Positions 1 through 10,791 of a stretch of DNA of 64,000 nt are shown here, piece by piece. Source of the DNA: Acidimicrobiia bacterium (GTDB lineage: Bacteria; Actinomycetota; Acidimicrobiia; Spongiisociales; ZC4RG35); NCBI GenBank assembly GCA_965203555.1, contig CBDBCY010000004.1:1248001-1312000 (forward strand), in the 5' to 3' direction. Each line of letters begins with the position of its first letter. Position 1 is the first letter of the stretch. The notes beneath the pieces are model-generated. The model ran no database searches, was not told the DNA's origin, and saw only the letters and a program-made list of their open reading frames with translations. A program made the position numbers and the translations under genes.

Positions 1-648
1 GCTCTGGGAGCGAACTGAAACCGTACCCAAGGGTTCGAAGGCAGGATAGGGTCCCACTGCGGAACTGCGATCGAAAGATCCCCACTCAAAACTGCGCCTC
101 CCGCCGAACAGTTCTTGACATTCGGCGCCGCCGACCGTCTCCGGACGCGCATTATGGAGCCACCTCACCAATTCGCGAGCCTTTTCGACCGTCATGCCTT
201 CGATCAACTCGTAGTTGACAGTGACGGCCGGCGCTCCCCCGCATGCTCCTATACACTCCACGTGCTCCACGGTGACCAGACCCTCGGCATTGCTCTGTTC
301 GGCCATGACCTCCGTTTCATCCTCAATGGCCTTCAACACCTCATCAGACCCCAACAGCATGCAACTTATCGAAGTGCAACAAGAAATCAAATAGTTGCCG
401 GGGTGCTCCCTCTTGTACATCGTGTAGAAAGAAGCCACCGCGCTGACCTGGGCCGGGGTCAAGCCCACTCGTTTAGCCACTTCCCTCATCCCGTCATCGG
501 TGAGGTAGCCCTCCTCGGCCATGGCCAGATACAGAAGAGGCATAACCGCGGACCGGGGCTCCGGATAGCTTTCAATGATCTTCGAGGCCCTCCGTTGGGT
601 CTCCTCGGACCATTCATTACCGACGCTCGGGGGGCGAATTTTGACCAT
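1..648 (-). CDS. nuoE: NADH-quinone oxidoreductase subunit E (2Fe-2S), 3' end runs off the window
   Basis: Not in the ORF track because no stop falls in the window. Manual translation from ATG at 648 gives MVKIRPP...YPEPRSAVMPLL...VASFYTMY...CCTSISC...VECIGACGGAPAVTVN, the NuoE Cys pattern. Confidence 0.9.
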   Translation of the reverse strand, partial: MVKIRPPSVGNEWSEETQRRASKIIESYPEPRSAVMPLLYLAMAEEGYLTDDGMREVAKRVGLTPAQVSAVASFYTMYKREHPGNYLISCCTSISCMLLGSDEVLKAIEDETEVMAEQSNAEGLVTVEHVECIGACGGAPAVTVNYELIEGMTVEKARELVRWLHNARPETVGGAECQELFGGRRSFEWGSFDRSSAVGPYPAFEPLGTVSVRSQS

Positions 649-803
649 TGGAGACGAGATTAGTTATCGCCACGCCCATCTCAAACCTCACCCGTCCTCA
701 GCACCTCTAAAGTACATCCCGCCCGCGTCGAAGCATGCCCCACCACCCTCTCATTTAACACGTTTGTATTAGTCTCCGCCCCAGGCTGTGGGCCTGTCGG
801 TCT

Positions 804-1892
804 TTACCGGATCACCAACTCGGGATGGGAGCGAATCCGGGGACGGGCCTTCTCGACCTCCGAAGCCAGCCGGGTAAATGCCCGGGCAGCCTCGCTTTCG
901 GGGGCGGTCGCCATCACCGGGAGACCGCGATCGGCCCCCTCCCGCATCAGGGGCAACAACGGGATTTGCGCCATCAGGGGAACACCGAGTTCCGAAGCCA
1001 GGGCCTGGCCACCTCCCGATCCAAACAATTCGTAGCGTTTATGGTCATCGCCGGTGAACCAGGACATGTTTTCAACCACCCCGATCACCTCCTGGTTGAC
1101 CTGGGCCGCCATCAGCGCCGCGCGCCGGGCGACCCGCTGGGCGGTGGGCTGGGGAGTGGTAACCAGAAGGACCTGGGATCTGGGCAAAAAATTCTGGATG
1201 GAAATGGCAATATCCCCGGTTCCCGGCGGCATATCGATCAGCAGGTAGTCCGGCCTGTCCCAGAACACGTCCTTGAGGAACTGCTCCAGGGCCTTGTGGA
1301 GCATCGGACCCCGCCAGATCACCGCCCGGTCGTCAGGCACGAAATAGTCCATGGACATGGCGTTGACCCCGTAGGCGCTGGGAGGGATGATGGACTGGTC
1401 GATGACCACCGGCGGCCGGTCTATGCCCAGCATCTTGGGGATGGAGAAACCCCAGATGTCGGCGTCTATCAGCCCCACTTTCCTTCCCAGTTCCCGCAAC
1501 GCGAGCCCGAGATTGGTGGCGACCGACGACTTCCCGACTCCCCCCTTACCCGAAGAAATCGCCACCACCCGGGTGGCGGATCCGGTCTCTCCGGGACCGG
1601 GACCGGCTTCTTGGCGGACCCGCGCCATCATCGCCTCCCGGTCTGCGTCGGTCATGAGTTCGGTCCGGACGTCCAGATCGGAAACCAGGTCCGAACCGGC
1701 ACGCCGCAATCTCTCGACCAACTCAGAGAGCAGCGGATAGTTGGGCACGGGTAGGGCAATGGTTACCGTGGGCGAACCGAATCTTCGCGTCTTAACCGAA
1801 CGGACCATGTCCAGCGAGGCGAGAGAACGGCCCAATAACGGCTCTTCGACCGCCGCCAGAGCGGCCCTCAAAGCACCCTGAGACGGCATCAT
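804..1892 (-). CDS. mrp: Mrp/ApbC (NBP35-family) Fe-S cluster carrier ATPase
   Basis: SGKGGVGKS deviant Walker A, DADIWGFS, VIWRGPM, DMPPGTGD, VENMS; N-terminal DUF59-like region. Confidence 0.92.
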   Translation of the reverse strand: MMPSQGALRAALAAVEEPLLGRSLASLDMVRSVKTRRFGSPTVTIALPVPNYPLLSELVERLRRAGSDLVSDLDVRTELMTDADREAMMARVRQEAGPGPGETGSATRVVAISSGKGGVGKSSVATNLGLALRELGRKVGLIDADIWGFSIPKMLGIDRPPVVIDQSIIPPSAYGVNAMSMDYFVPDDRAVIWRGPMLHKALEQFLKDVFWDRPDYLLIDMPPGTGDIAISIQNFLPRSQVLLVTTPQPTAQRVARRAALMAAQVNQEVIGVVENMSWFTGDDHKRYELFGSGGGQALASELGVPLMAQIPLLPLMREGADRGLPVMATAPESEAARAFTRLASEVEKARPRIRSHPELVIR

Positions 1893-1932
1893 CTGTAACT
1901 ATAATCTCTCCCTGTAAGTTCAAAGGTCAGTC
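1893..1932. promoter_or_regulatory. Overlapping divergent -10 boxes: TATAAT on + (1900-1905) and TATAGT on - (1903-1898)
   Basis: 40-bp intergenic gap. The minus-strand TATAGT sits 5 nt upstream of the mrp ATG, consistent with a leaderless transcript. Confidence 0.55.
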
Positions 1933-2646
1933 ATGAGCCATCAGGTAATCGACAAGCAAATAGCCGACCTGACCTCTGCGCTCGGAGACGCCACTCGCCG
2001 AGCCATCTTCATCGCGGTGCGGGAGTCACCTAAGGCTCTCACGGTAGGCAAAGTCTCCGAGTTGTTCGGAATTCACCGCAACCTGGCTCGCCACCACCTG
2101 GAAAAGCTCATGGAGGACGGATTCCTCAAAGTCGGCGACCAACCCGCGCCAGCCACCAGAAAGGCGGGAAGGCCGCCCAAGCACTACCAGGCCACCACCC
2201 GCCACATAGAGATCATCTATCCCACGCTTCGGTACGACCTCCTGGTGGAACTCCTTACCAAGATTCTCAGCCGCCTGTCTCCCGAAGACCTCTCCGAAGT
2301 AGCCGAGCAGGTGGGGAGGGAGTACGGACTGGAGTTGGCCGAGGAGATCGGGACACCTGCCGACGCGGGCTACGAGGAGGCGATCCGAGGAGTGATGGGC
2401 GCCATGGGTGGGATCGGATTCGCCATGAATCCCGACTGGGAGGCGGGACGTCTTCTCACCTATCACTGTCCTTTCGGGGAAGCCGCCATCAGTCATCCCG
2501 AAGTGGTCTGTTCCCTGGACCGCGGCATCGTATCCGGGCTGTTCGAGGCGATAGCCAGATGCTCGGAGACGGTGCTCCGTCCCCACCTCGATCATCTCGA
2601 GGACTGCGTTACCGAGATCCCGGTCGAAATCACCATCCGCTCCTAA
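1933..2646 (+). CDS. ArsR/SufR-like HTH transcriptional regulator with C-terminal Cys ligands
   Basis: ALGDATRRAI, HRNLARHHLEKL, GRPPKHY wHTH motifs; C-terminal HCPF...HPEVVC...C...C. Confidence 0.8.
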   Translation: MSHQVIDKQIADLTSALGDATRRAIFIAVRESPKALTVGKVSELFGIHRNLARHHLEKLMEDGFLKVGDQPAPATRKAGRPPKHYQATTRHIEIIYPTLRYDLLVELLTKILSRLSPEDLSEVAEQVGREYGLELAEEIGTPADAGYEEAIRGVMGAMGGIGFAMNPDWEAGRLLTYHCPFGEAAISHPEVVCSLDRGIVSGLFEAIARCSETVLRPHLDHLEDCVTEIPVEITIRS

Positions 2647-2655
2647 AAGGAAGCC

Positions 2656-5322
2656 ATGAACACCGCCGACAAATCGACAGCCACTATCACCACGCCCCTG
2701 GGACTGAGAAAGATCGCCCGGCTGGATTCCGTCCCGGAGGTCGACGCCCTTCCCTACTCGATCAAGGTGCTGCTGGAATCGGCGATTCGCAACCTGGGCC
2801 GTCCCGGATTCTCGGCCGACGACATCCGGACGATCGCCGCCTTCAACCCCGACCGCTCCTCGAACGACGAGATTCCCTTCCTCCCCGGGCGGGTGATCCT
2901 GCAGGACTTCACCGGAGTGCCCGCCGTGGTGGATCTCGCCGCCATGCGGGACGCCATAGTGGCGATGACCGGAGATCCCGACTCCGCCGACAAGGTCAAT
3001 CCCCTGGTGCCGGTGGACCTGGTGGTCGACCACAGCGTGCAGATCGATGTCTTCAACCGGCCCGACGCGCTGCTGATCAACTCCCGGCGGGAGTTCGAGC
3101 GAAACCAGCAGCGATACCAACTGCTCAAATGGGCGCAGTCGGCTTTCGACAATTTCCGGGTGGTGCCTCCCGCCACCGGGATAGTCCACCAGGTCAACCT
3201 GGAGTACCTGGGCAAAGTCGTCTGGGACGACGGAGAGTGGCTCTACCCCGACAGCCTGGTGGGCACGGACTCCCATACCACCATGATCAACGGACTGGGG
3301 GTGGCCGGATGGGGCGTCGGCGGAATCGAAGCCGAGGCGGTGATGGTGGGCCAACCTATCTTCATGCTCCTCCCCGAGGTGGTGGGGGTCCGGCTGGTCG
3401 GACGCCTGCGGGAAGGTTCCACCGCCACCGACCTGGTGCTGCGAGTCACCGAGATGCTCCGCAGCCACGGGGTGGTGGGCAAGTTCGTTGAATTCGGGGG
3501 TCCGGGACTGGACGACATGCCGGTGGCCACTCGGGCCACCATCGCCAACATGGCGCCGGAGTACGGCGCCACGGTGGGATTCTTCCCGGTGGACAGCCAG
3601 ACCATCCGTTACCTGGAACTGTCAGGCCGGTCCCCGGAGTTGGCGGAGACGGTGGAGCAGTACTGCCGGGAACAGGGACTGTGGCGAGATGACCGGGAGA
3701 TCTCATACCACGCCCACCTGGAACTGGATCTGGACACCGTGGAACCGTCCCTGGCGGGTCCCCGCCGTCCCCAGGACCGCATCCCGCTGTTCCGGATGAA
3801 GGATCAGTGGCATTCGGACCTGGCTTCGGTATTTGATCGCTCCCCTCCCAATGGCGCCAACGTCGCCCAGCAGGTCAGCCTGAACGGTGATACCTTCGAT
3901 CTGGAGGACGGCCGAGTGGTGATCGCCGCCATCACCTCCTGTACCAACACCTCCAACCCGGCGGTGATGGTCGGGGCCGGGCTACTGGCCCGCAACGCCC
4001 GGCGCCGAGGCTTGACACGCCGGCCCTGGGTCAAGACTTCGCTGGCGCCCGGATCCCAGGTGGTGACCGACTACCTGGACCGGGCGGGGCTGACCGAGGA
4101 CCTGGAAGCGCTGGGTTTCTACGTGGTGGGCTATGGATGCACCACCTGCATCGGCAATTCCGGGCCGCTGCCCGAGCCCATCACCGAGGCCATCGATTCA
4201 GCCGATCTGGTGGCCGCCAGCGTGCTGTCGGGCAACCGCAATTTCGAGGGCCGCATCAGCCCCCACATCCAGGCCAACTATCTGGCCTCTCCTCCGCTGG
4301 TGGTGGCCTATGCACTGGCCGGCACGGTCGACTGGGATCCGTCCGCCGAGCCCCTGGGAACCGACTCCGAGGGCCGGGAGGTTTACCTGCGGGACATCTG
4401 GCCCTCCCAGGAAGAAGTCACCTCCATCATCGACCGTCACGTGAGCCGCGAGCAGTTCAACGCCCGCTACGCCGACGTCTTCACCGGCGCCGCGGAGTGG
4501 CGAGCCGTTGACATGGAAGAAAGCCGGCTGTACCAGTGGTCGGACGATTCCACCTACATCCAGTCACCGCCGTTCTTCACGGATCTCACCCCGGAGCCCC
4601 GTCCGGTGGAGCCCATCAGTGGCGCTCGGGCACTGGTGATGGTGGGAGATTCCATCACCACCGACCATATATCCCCGGCCGGTCCGATCTCGGCCAACAC
4701 CCCTGCCGGACAGTATCTCATCGAACGGGGTGTGCAGCCTTCGGGCTTCAACTCCTACGGCGCCCGCCGGGGCAACGACCGGATCATGAGCCGCGGCACC
4801 TTTGCAAATATCCGGGTGCGCAACCTGCTGGCCCCCGGAACGGTGGGCGGGTTCACCACCGACTTCGGAGACGGTCAGGTCAAGACCATCTTCGAAGCGG
4901 CCGGCTCCTACCGGGAACGGGGGACTCCGCTCATAGTGATCGCCGGTCGGGATTACGGAATGGGGTCATCGCGGGACTGGGCCGCCAAGGGTCCCTTCCT
5001 GCTCGGCGTGCGAGCAGCCATCGCCGAGAGCTACGAACGCATCCATCGCACCAACCTGGTGATGATGGGCCTGCTCCCCCTCCAGTTCACCGAAGGCGAG
5101 AACCCCGAGACCCTGGGCCTGTCCGGCTCGGAGACCTTTCACATTCCGGTCGACGAATCACTGGTCCCCGGACAGCGGGTGACGGTGAGAGCCGAAGGGG
5201 AGAACGGCGCGGCGACGGAGTTCGAGGTCATCATCCGCATTGACACCCCCATCGAGGTCGACTACTACCGCCACGGAGGCATCCTCCCCTACGTACTCCG
5301 CCAGATGGCAAATACCGGCTGA
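2656..5322 (+). CDS. acnA: Aconitate hydratase A
   Basis: [71 protein letters not shown]; 888 aa. Confidence 0.97.
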   Translation: MNTADKSTATITTPLGLRKIARLDSVPEVDALPYSIKVLLESAIRNLGRPGFSADDIRTIAAFNPDRSSNDEIPFLPGRVILQDFTGVPAVVDLAAMRDAIVAMTGDPDSADKVNPLVPVDLVVDHSVQIDVFNRPDALLINSRREFERNQQRYQLLKWAQSAFDNFRVVPPATGIVHQVNLEYLGKVVWDDGEWLYPDSLVGTDSHTTMINGLGVAGWGVGGIEAEAVMVGQPIFMLLPEVVGVRLVGRLREGSTATDLVLRVTEMLRSHGVVGKFVEFGGPGLDDMPVATRATIANMAPEYGATVGFFPVDSQTIRYLELSGRSPELAETVEQYCREQGLWRDDREISYHAHLELDLDTVEPSLAGPRRPQDRIPLFRMKDQWHSDLASVFDRSPPNGANVAQQVSLNGDTFDLEDGRVVIAAITSCTNTSNPAVMVGAGLLARNARRRGLTRRPWVKTSLAPGSQVVTDYLDRAGLTEDLEALGFYVVGYGCTTCIGNSGPLPEPITEAIDSADLVAASVLSGNRNFEGRISPHIQANYLASPPLVVAYALAGTVDWDPSAEPLGTDSEGREVYLRDIWPSQEEVTSIIDRHVSREQFNARYADVFTGAAEWRAVDMEESRLYQWSDDSTYIQSPPFFTDLTPEPRPVEPISGARALVMVGDSITTDHISPAGPISANTPAGQYLIERGVQPSGFNSYGARRGNDRIMSRGTFANIRVRNLLAPGTVGGFTTDFGDGQVKTIFEAAGSYRERGTPLIVIAGRDYGMGSSRDWAAKGPFLLGVRAAIAESYERIHRTNLVMMGLLPLQFTEGENPETLGLSGSETFHIPVDESLVPGQRVTVRAEGENGAATEFEVIIRIDTPIEVDYYRHGGILPYVLRQMANTG

Positions 5323-5502
5323 CCGGTCAGGGACCGATGAGACCTCCCAGTCCTATGCCTTCAAACAACAGACCCACCCATCGGGCATGAAGATCGACGT
5401 TACCGATGTTGCCGAAAGCCATGGAACTGCTATCGGGGACGCCCCGGCGCCCCGCAGTTTCACCACCGCTGTCTACAGGGGCGTGAAGATCGGAAGAGAA
5501 CT

Positions 5503-6699
5503 ATGAGCGCCGGACCGTTGGAAGGGATTCGGGTGATCGACATCGCCACCCTGTTCGCCGGTCCCATGGCAGCCACCCTCCTGGCCGACTACGGCGCCTC
5601 GGTCATCAAGGTGGAACACCCCCGCGGCGACCCGGTTCGCAACCACGGACACGTCAAGGACGGCGTGCCTCTGTGGTGGAAGACCCTCAATCGCAACAAG
5701 GAGGCAATCACCCTCAACCTGTCCACCCCGCAGGGGCGTGACCTGCTGTTATGTCTGCTTGCCGACGCCGATGTCCTGATCGAGAACTTCCGACCAGGCA
5801 CCTTGGAGAGGTGGGACCTCGCCCCTGAGCTATTGACGGAGGTAAATGCGGGACTGGTGATTGCCAGGGTGAGCGGGTTCGGCCAGTTCGGTCCCTACTC
5901 CCGACGACCGGGATTCGGGACTCTTGCTGAATCGATGAGCGGCTTCGCCTCCCTGACCGGCCAGCCGGACGGCCCTCCCACCCTTCCCCCCTTCGGGCTG
6001 GCCGACAGTATCACCGGCCTGACGGTAGCCAACGCAGTGCTGATGGCACTCCTACACCGAGACCGCAATGGCCGAGGTCGGGGCCAGGTGATCGACTGCG
6101 CCATTATCGAGCCGATCATGGGGATGCTGGGACCACACGCCTTGGTTTACGACCAGTTGGGGATCATCCAGCCCCGAACCGGCAACCGGTCCGTCGATAA
6201 TGCCCCACGCAACACCTACAAGACCCGGGACAACCGCTGGGTGGCGATCTCCACCAGCGCCCAGAGCATCGCCGAGAGAGTGATCCGCCTGGTTGGTCAT
6301 GCCGAGCTGGTGGACGAGCCGTGGTTCTCCTCGGGACGGGAACGCGCCAAGCGGGTGGATCTGCTCGACAAGTACGTGGGCGACTGGATCGCGCAGCGAG
6401 ACCTGGAGGAGGTGATGGAAGCGTTCACCGCCGCCCAGGCGGCAGTCGCCCCCATCTACGACATCTCCCAGGTCATGGAAGACCCCCAGTATCAGGCGCT
6501 CGATTCAATCATCCAACTGGACGATCCCGAATTGGGGAAGATAAAGATGCAGAACGTCCTGTTCCGGATGTCGGAGACCCCCGGCGAAGTCCGATGGAGC
6601 GGTCGCACCCAGGGAGCGGACAACCACCGGATCTATTGCGAGAAGCTGGGTCTCAGCACCGAGGAATTGGCCGAGTTGAAGAGAAAAGGTGTGGTGTGA
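5503..6699 (+). CDS. Family III (CaiB/BaiF) CoA-transferase
   Basis: PLEGIRVID, AGPMA..LADYGASVIKVEHP, NRNK, ENFRPG, SGFGQFGPY, catalytic LAD motif. Confidence 0.92.
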   Translation: MSAGPLEGIRVIDIATLFAGPMAATLLADYGASVIKVEHPRGDPVRNHGHVKDGVPLWWKTLNRNKEAITLNLSTPQGRDLLLCLLADADVLIENFRPGTLERWDLAPELLTEVNAGLVIARVSGFGQFGPYSRRPGFGTLAESMSGFASLTGQPDGPPTLPPFGLADSITGLTVANAVLMALLHRDRNGRGRGQVIDCAIIEPIMGMLGPHALVYDQLGIIQPRTGNRSVDNAPRNTYKTRDNRWVAISTSAQSIAERVIRLVGHAELVDEPWFSSGRERAKRVDLLDKYVGDWIAQRDLEEVMEAFTAAQAAVAPIYDISQVMEDPQYQALDSIIQLDDPELGKIKMQNVLFRMSETPGEVRWSGRTQGADNHRIYCEKLGLSTEELAELKRKGVV

Positions 6700-6948
6700 G
6701 GAGTACAGATAGGACGAGAGGCCGCTCACCGACCGGGGAGAACACCGATAGCCCCCGGAGTCTTCCGCGGGCTGCACCCCACCAACCAATGTCCGTTACT
6801 CGGAGTGGAACTCATCGTTGAGATGACATAGCCGCACAACTTGGAAGTTCGAGTGATATCCGTTGCCCCACGGCGATCCGGGCTTATTGGGAAAGTCATA
6901 CTCTACGGTTCTGCCTCCTCAAAGTCCTCAGTCCGGTGGAGTCCAAAA

Positions 6949-6976
6949 TGACACATGTGTAAGCTATCCTGACCTC
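6949..6976 (+). promoter_or_regulatory. PafBC-type promoter candidate TGACAC-N10-TATCCT-N6-ATG (leaderless)
   Basis: Read directly upstream of the methyltransferase ATG at 6977; the hexamer differs from TGTCAC at one position. Confidence 0.55.
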
Positions 6977-7894
6977 ATGGTCAGTGATTCTCTTCCAGCA
7001 CCTCCCCAGGGCAGAGAACGAGCCTTGGCCAAGCTGTTGCATAAAGGGGTCGTGTGGGGGGATTCCGCCGAATGGCTGCCCAGACTGCCGTCAAACTCGG
7101 TGGACCTCTTTTTCATGTCCCCTCCATACGCTGATGCCCGTTCTTATGCGCGGATTGCCCCCGAAAAATATGTCGAGTGGTTCTTGCCCTTCGGTGAAGC
7201 CATGCTCAAGGCTGCACGAGAGACCGGCTCCTTCGTCTTGAATATCAAAAACCGGGTGGCAAAAGCCGGTCCCCTCCGGGGCCAGCGCCACCCGTACGTG
7301 TATCAACTTGTACTGGAGTTGCAGAGACTGGGCTGGCGTTGGACCGAGACATACATTTGGCAGAAGCCAAATGCCATTCCCGGTCGGTTCGGACCCCGCA
7401 CCAAGGATGCTTTCGAGTACGTATACCACTTCAGCAAAGGAACAAAGCCCTACTTTGATCTGGACAGCGTGCGAGTCCCTTACAAGGCTGATCCGTCAGA
7501 GATTGCCCGGCGGGTCAAGGACGCCAACGGCCGGCGCAACACTGAAGCCGGGTTTGGCAGAGACCGCGCCCGAACCTACGGTTGTGGCGGCGCCGATCCG
7601 GGAAACGTGATCACGGTTGGTCAGACTTACAATCAGCACAGAGGGCCGGCGGGACTCCACACCGCAGTTATGCCGGAAGGACTGGCGGAGTTCTTCGTCA
7701 AAGCAATGTCTCCACCGGGCGGGGTGGTAATAGACCCATTCGCCGGTTCAGGCACCACCGTAGTTGTGGCGCGGCGCCATGGTCGCCGCTCAGGTGGGAT
7801 CGAATTGCATTCCGGATATGTGCAGGTGGCCCGAAATCGTATCGCGGAGGACCACTACACGGAAGAACAGGGATTGCTCTTTGTCGCTCACTGA
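6977..7894 (+). CDS. Orphan beta-class amino (N4-C/N6-A) DNA methyltransferase 1
   Basis: Motif IV FMSPPY precedes motif I DPFAGSGTT; also IWQKPN and HTAVMP. Start placed at ATG 6977 from promoter spacing. Confidence 0.9.
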   Translation: MVSDSLPAPPQGRERALAKLLHKGVVWGDSAEWLPRLPSNSVDLFFMSPPYADARSYARIAPEKYVEWFLPFGEAMLKAARETGSFVLNIKNRVAKAGPLRGQRHPYVYQLVLELQRLGWRWTETYIWQKPNAIPGRFGPRTKDAFEYVYHFSKGTKPYFDLDSVRVPYKADPSEIARRVKDANGRRNTEAGFGRDRARTYGCGGADPGNVITVGQTYNQHRGPAGLHTAVMPEGLAEFFVKAMSPPGGVVIDPFAGSGTTVVVARRHGRRSGGIELHSGYVQVARNRIAEDHYTEEQGLLFVAH

Positions 7895-7995
7895 TTCGGA
7901 GCGCCGACTGCTCTCGGTAGCGGGTACCACACCCAGTCCGACAATCAGGCGCCAAGCGGTGGACTAAGGCTTCGTAGCTCATCCTTTTTTGGGTG

Positions 7996-8130
7996 TCACA
8001 GATTAACTCCCCTGCCCTGGGCAGGGCTTTCATCGTATAAGTCCGCCATCTGGCGGACGGCTTCGAATTCATCCCGGGAGGGCGTGAAGATTTCGTTAAT
8101 GACCGGCACTTGCACCGGATGAATGGCACG
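7996..8130 (-). pseudogene. Remnant of the 3' part of a CitE/HpcH-family gene, paralogous to 8411-9247
   Basis: AIHPVQVPVINEIFTPSRDEFEA versus AIHPAQVPVINEVFTPSKDELEA in the intact neighbour. Confidence 0.85.
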
Positions 8131-8410
8131 AGCGGGAGGAGAAACCGCAGCAGTTGCGTAACCTGGGTGGATGCTCTCGGTCCGCTGATCAGGGTTCATC
8201 ACCAGAGGCATGCTCTACAGCCCCGCCCACGCGTTTACGGTCTTCGACGACTTTCTTCGGCACCACTTCTTACGGTGGAACAGCGAAGCGCCGCCTGATT
8301 GCAACCTCAGTCGACCCGCATCCCCAGATAGCAACGTATCGAGCCAGTTCTCACCGAATGGCCGGGACATCCCGGTACGCCGTCCCTCCGTGGGCGACAA
8401 CCCACGTTGA

Positions 8411-9247
8411 TCACTGGTTCAAGCGATTCATGATGCCGCGGGCTCGGCGGACCACCGCTTCGTCGATCATCCTTCCCTGGGAGTCGGTGATCGCCCCCTT
8501 GCCCTCGGCCAAGGCTTGATCGTATCGAGCGACCAGTCGGCGAGATGCTTCAAGTTCGTCCTTTGAAGGCGTGAAAACTTCGTTGATGACCGGTACCTGT
8601 GCCGGGTGGATGGCTGATCGGGACGCGAACCCGGACTGTCGGAGCAGGAGAGTGGACTCTCTCAGTCCTTCCAGATCCCGGATATCGGTCGAAACCGAAC
8701 CGGTCGGACCTGGCAATCCCGCCGCTGCCGCCGCCCACACCAGCCGGGATCGGGCGGATTGCCAGAGCATCGGGTCTGCGTCGGGGTCCACGCCCAAGTC
8801 GGCGCCCAAGTCCTGCTCCCCGATAGCCACTCCAACCACCGAGGGGTGTTCGGCAATAGGAAGAGACTCCCACAAACCTCGAGCGCTTTCGATGAGGGCA
8901 ATCAAACGAAGCGGACCGGGATTTCCTGCTCTTTCGACCCCCCGTGTCACGCCTCCTAACACCGACATTGTGGCTTTCGGCACCACCAAGGTCGAGACCT
9001 TCGTATCCGCGAGAACAGCTAGGTCGGCTTCCATCTCCTCCGGTTCGGAGTTGATGCGAACGGCAAACCTCGCTCCGGCGCTTCCTATTACCGGGATCAT
9101 GTCAGCAAGGATCCGGCGAGCCTCCGCCTTGGCGCTGGGAGCTACTGCGTCCTCCAGATCAAGGATGAGCATGTCCGCCCCCCGTGTCGGCGCTTTGGCC
9201 AGCATGGAAGGCTGGTCGCCGGGAACGTAGAGGTAGCTTCGGATCAT
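8411..9247 (-). CDS. CitE/HpcH-HpaI family CoA-ester lyase (citryl-/malyl-/citramalyl-CoA lyase-like)
   Basis: RSYLYVPG, ILDLEDAV, VRIN, VVPK, LIESARG, GEQDLGADLG, AIHPAQV, GRMIDEAV; start at ATG 9247. Confidence 0.9.
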   Translation of the reverse strand: MIRSYLYVPGDQPSMLAKAPTRGADMLILDLEDAVAPSAKAEARRILADMIPVIGSAGARFAVRINSEPEEMEADLAVLADTKVSTLVVPKATMSVLGGVTRGVERAGNPGPLRLIALIESARGLWESLPIAEHPSVVGVAIGEQDLGADLGVDPDADPMLWQSARSRLVWAAAAAGLPGPTGSVSTDIRDLEGLRESTLLLRQSGFASRSAIHPAQVPVINEVFTPSKDELEASRRLVARYDQALAEGKGAITDSQGRMIDEAVVRRARGIMNRLNQ

Positions 9248-9276
9248 CGCCGGCGGCTTCGGCGAGTGTTTGGAGA

Positions 9277-10524
9277 TCAACCGCCCGGCATAGGATCGAA
9301 GTCCATGCCCAGTTCGGCCTTCCCGAGATGTTCTTCCATCTCCGGCGCCTTGAAAATGATTGCGGTCTGAGCCAGGAGATCCCGGTACATCCGCTCGTAA
9401 GGATTGACAGCCACGATCCCGTGCGCTCCTGCCAGCCGGAAGGACTCCCGCGCCACATCCTCGGTCATCCGCCGGATGTGGTAGAGCGCCATCAGGCTGA
9501 TCCAGGCCCGCCTTTCCTGCGGGTAATGAGGGTCGGATAGTTTGGCGGCCGTGTCGTAGAGCACCGTGGAAGCCGAGCGGACCCAGAAGCTCATTCGCCC
9601 GTAGGTGGACTGCGCCCATCCCACGTCGGCGCGAGTCAAAGGCACGTTTCCCTTGATGGCCACCGCGATCCCGCCCTTGCGCTTTCGCAGATATCCGGCC
9701 ATATAGTCAAGAATCCGGCGGCAATGTCCCAACTGCATTCCGCCGCCGGACAGATTGAGGAGACCAAACGCCATGTGCTGGACCTCTCCCTCATCGTCGG
9801 TGAAGGTGGCCTGAGGCTGGTCCAAGTCGCGCACCAGGGCATACTTCTCGGGCACGAACGCGTCTTTGATTGTTACCGAATTGGTGGCGGTCGCCCTCAG
9901 GCCCATGGCGTTCCAGTCGTCATGGATCGTCATGCCGGGCGTCCCGACCGGAACGAACATCACCAGGAGTCTGCGCCCCACCAACTCGCCGTGCTCATCC
10001 ACCACCGAGGCGATGGTTCCCACATAGGTGGCGCCCGCCGAATTGGTGGCGAACCCCACTCGGCCGTTACCCAGCCACCCCCCTTCAACCCGGCGGAACC
10101 GGGCGCCCACCTTGGTCACATCCAACTCATCGGGGGGCGCGGAGGCGGCGCCACAGAACATCGACTGGTTCTCGGCGCAGTCCCGAAGCAGTGCGGCCAT
10201 GTTGTCGTCCCCGAAGGCGTAGGGTCCGATCAGGTCGAGCGCCGACCAGTGCATGTTGGTGCAGGCGGCGGACACCGGGTCGCCGTAGGCGATCACCTCC
10301 GCCACCTTGGTGCGGGTGGCGATGTTGTGGCCGGGCCCGCCGAACTGGGGGTGGATGGCCATGGAGGGCACGCCAACCGATTTGAGCGCTTCCATGTTCT
10401 CGAAGGGATAACGCGACTCCCGATCATTTCGGGATGCTCTTCCAAAGAAATCCTCTTCGGAAACTACCTTTTCTACGAGTTTTACGTAATCGTGATCAAT
10501 CATGTCAGAAGGGCCGGGGGTCAT
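9277..10524 (-). CDS. Acyl-CoA dehydrogenase-fold flavoprotein, possibly a two-component monooxygenase
   Basis: FGGPG, GNGRVGFATNS, DDWNAMGLRATATNSV, YERMYRD; 415 aa. Confidence 0.8.
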   Translation of the reverse strand: MTPGPSDMIDHDYVKLVEKVVSEEDFFGRASRNDRESRYPFENMEALKSVGVPSMAIHPQFGGPGHNIATRTKVAEVIAYGDPVSAACTNMHWSALDLIGPYAFGDDNMAALLRDCAENQSMFCGAASAPPDELDVTKVGARFRRVEGGWLGNGRVGFATNSAGATYVGTIASVVDEHGELVGRRLLVMFVPVGTPGMTIHDDWNAMGLRATATNSVTIKDAFVPEKYALVRDLDQPQATFTDDEGEVQHMAFGLLNLSGGGMQLGHCRRILDYMAGYLRKRKGGIAVAIKGNVPLTRADVGWAQSTYGRMSFWVRSASTVLYDTAAKLSDPHYPQERRAWISLMALYHIRRMTEDVARESFRLAGAHGIVAVNPYERMYRDLLAQTAIIFKAPEMEEHLGKAELGMDFDPMPGG

Positions 10525-10762
10525 ATTTCACCCGGCTAAGCCTAACCCCATCAATCTCGCCCTCTGCAACACCCGGATGAGGAGTCCGTGTTCTGGGTGT
10601 CTTCCTGTCCCGAGACCGTAACCGTTATGCCTACCGGTTCCTTGGTGGGATCTGTCCTCTGTCAAGATCGGCGTCTCGTTGCCAGGTCGGATTTGAGGTA
10701 TGGGGAAAAACCACAAAGAGGCGCCTTCCTACTCGGAATGACTTTTGCTGCATCCCCGGGTT

Positions 10763-10791
10763 TGTCACACCCCGGGGATATGGTTGGCCGC
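10763..10791 (+). promoter_or_regulatory. PafBC-type promoter candidate TGTCAC-ACCCCGGGGA-TATGGT-N7-GTG (leaderless)
   Basis: Exact N10 spacing; the GTG at 10792 is in frame with the methyltransferase. Confidence 0.7.

Noticed and set aside
1-70. tRNA-like fragment (GGGTTCGAA)
   Set aside because: It lies within the nuoE reading frame on the minus strand and has no cloverleaf.
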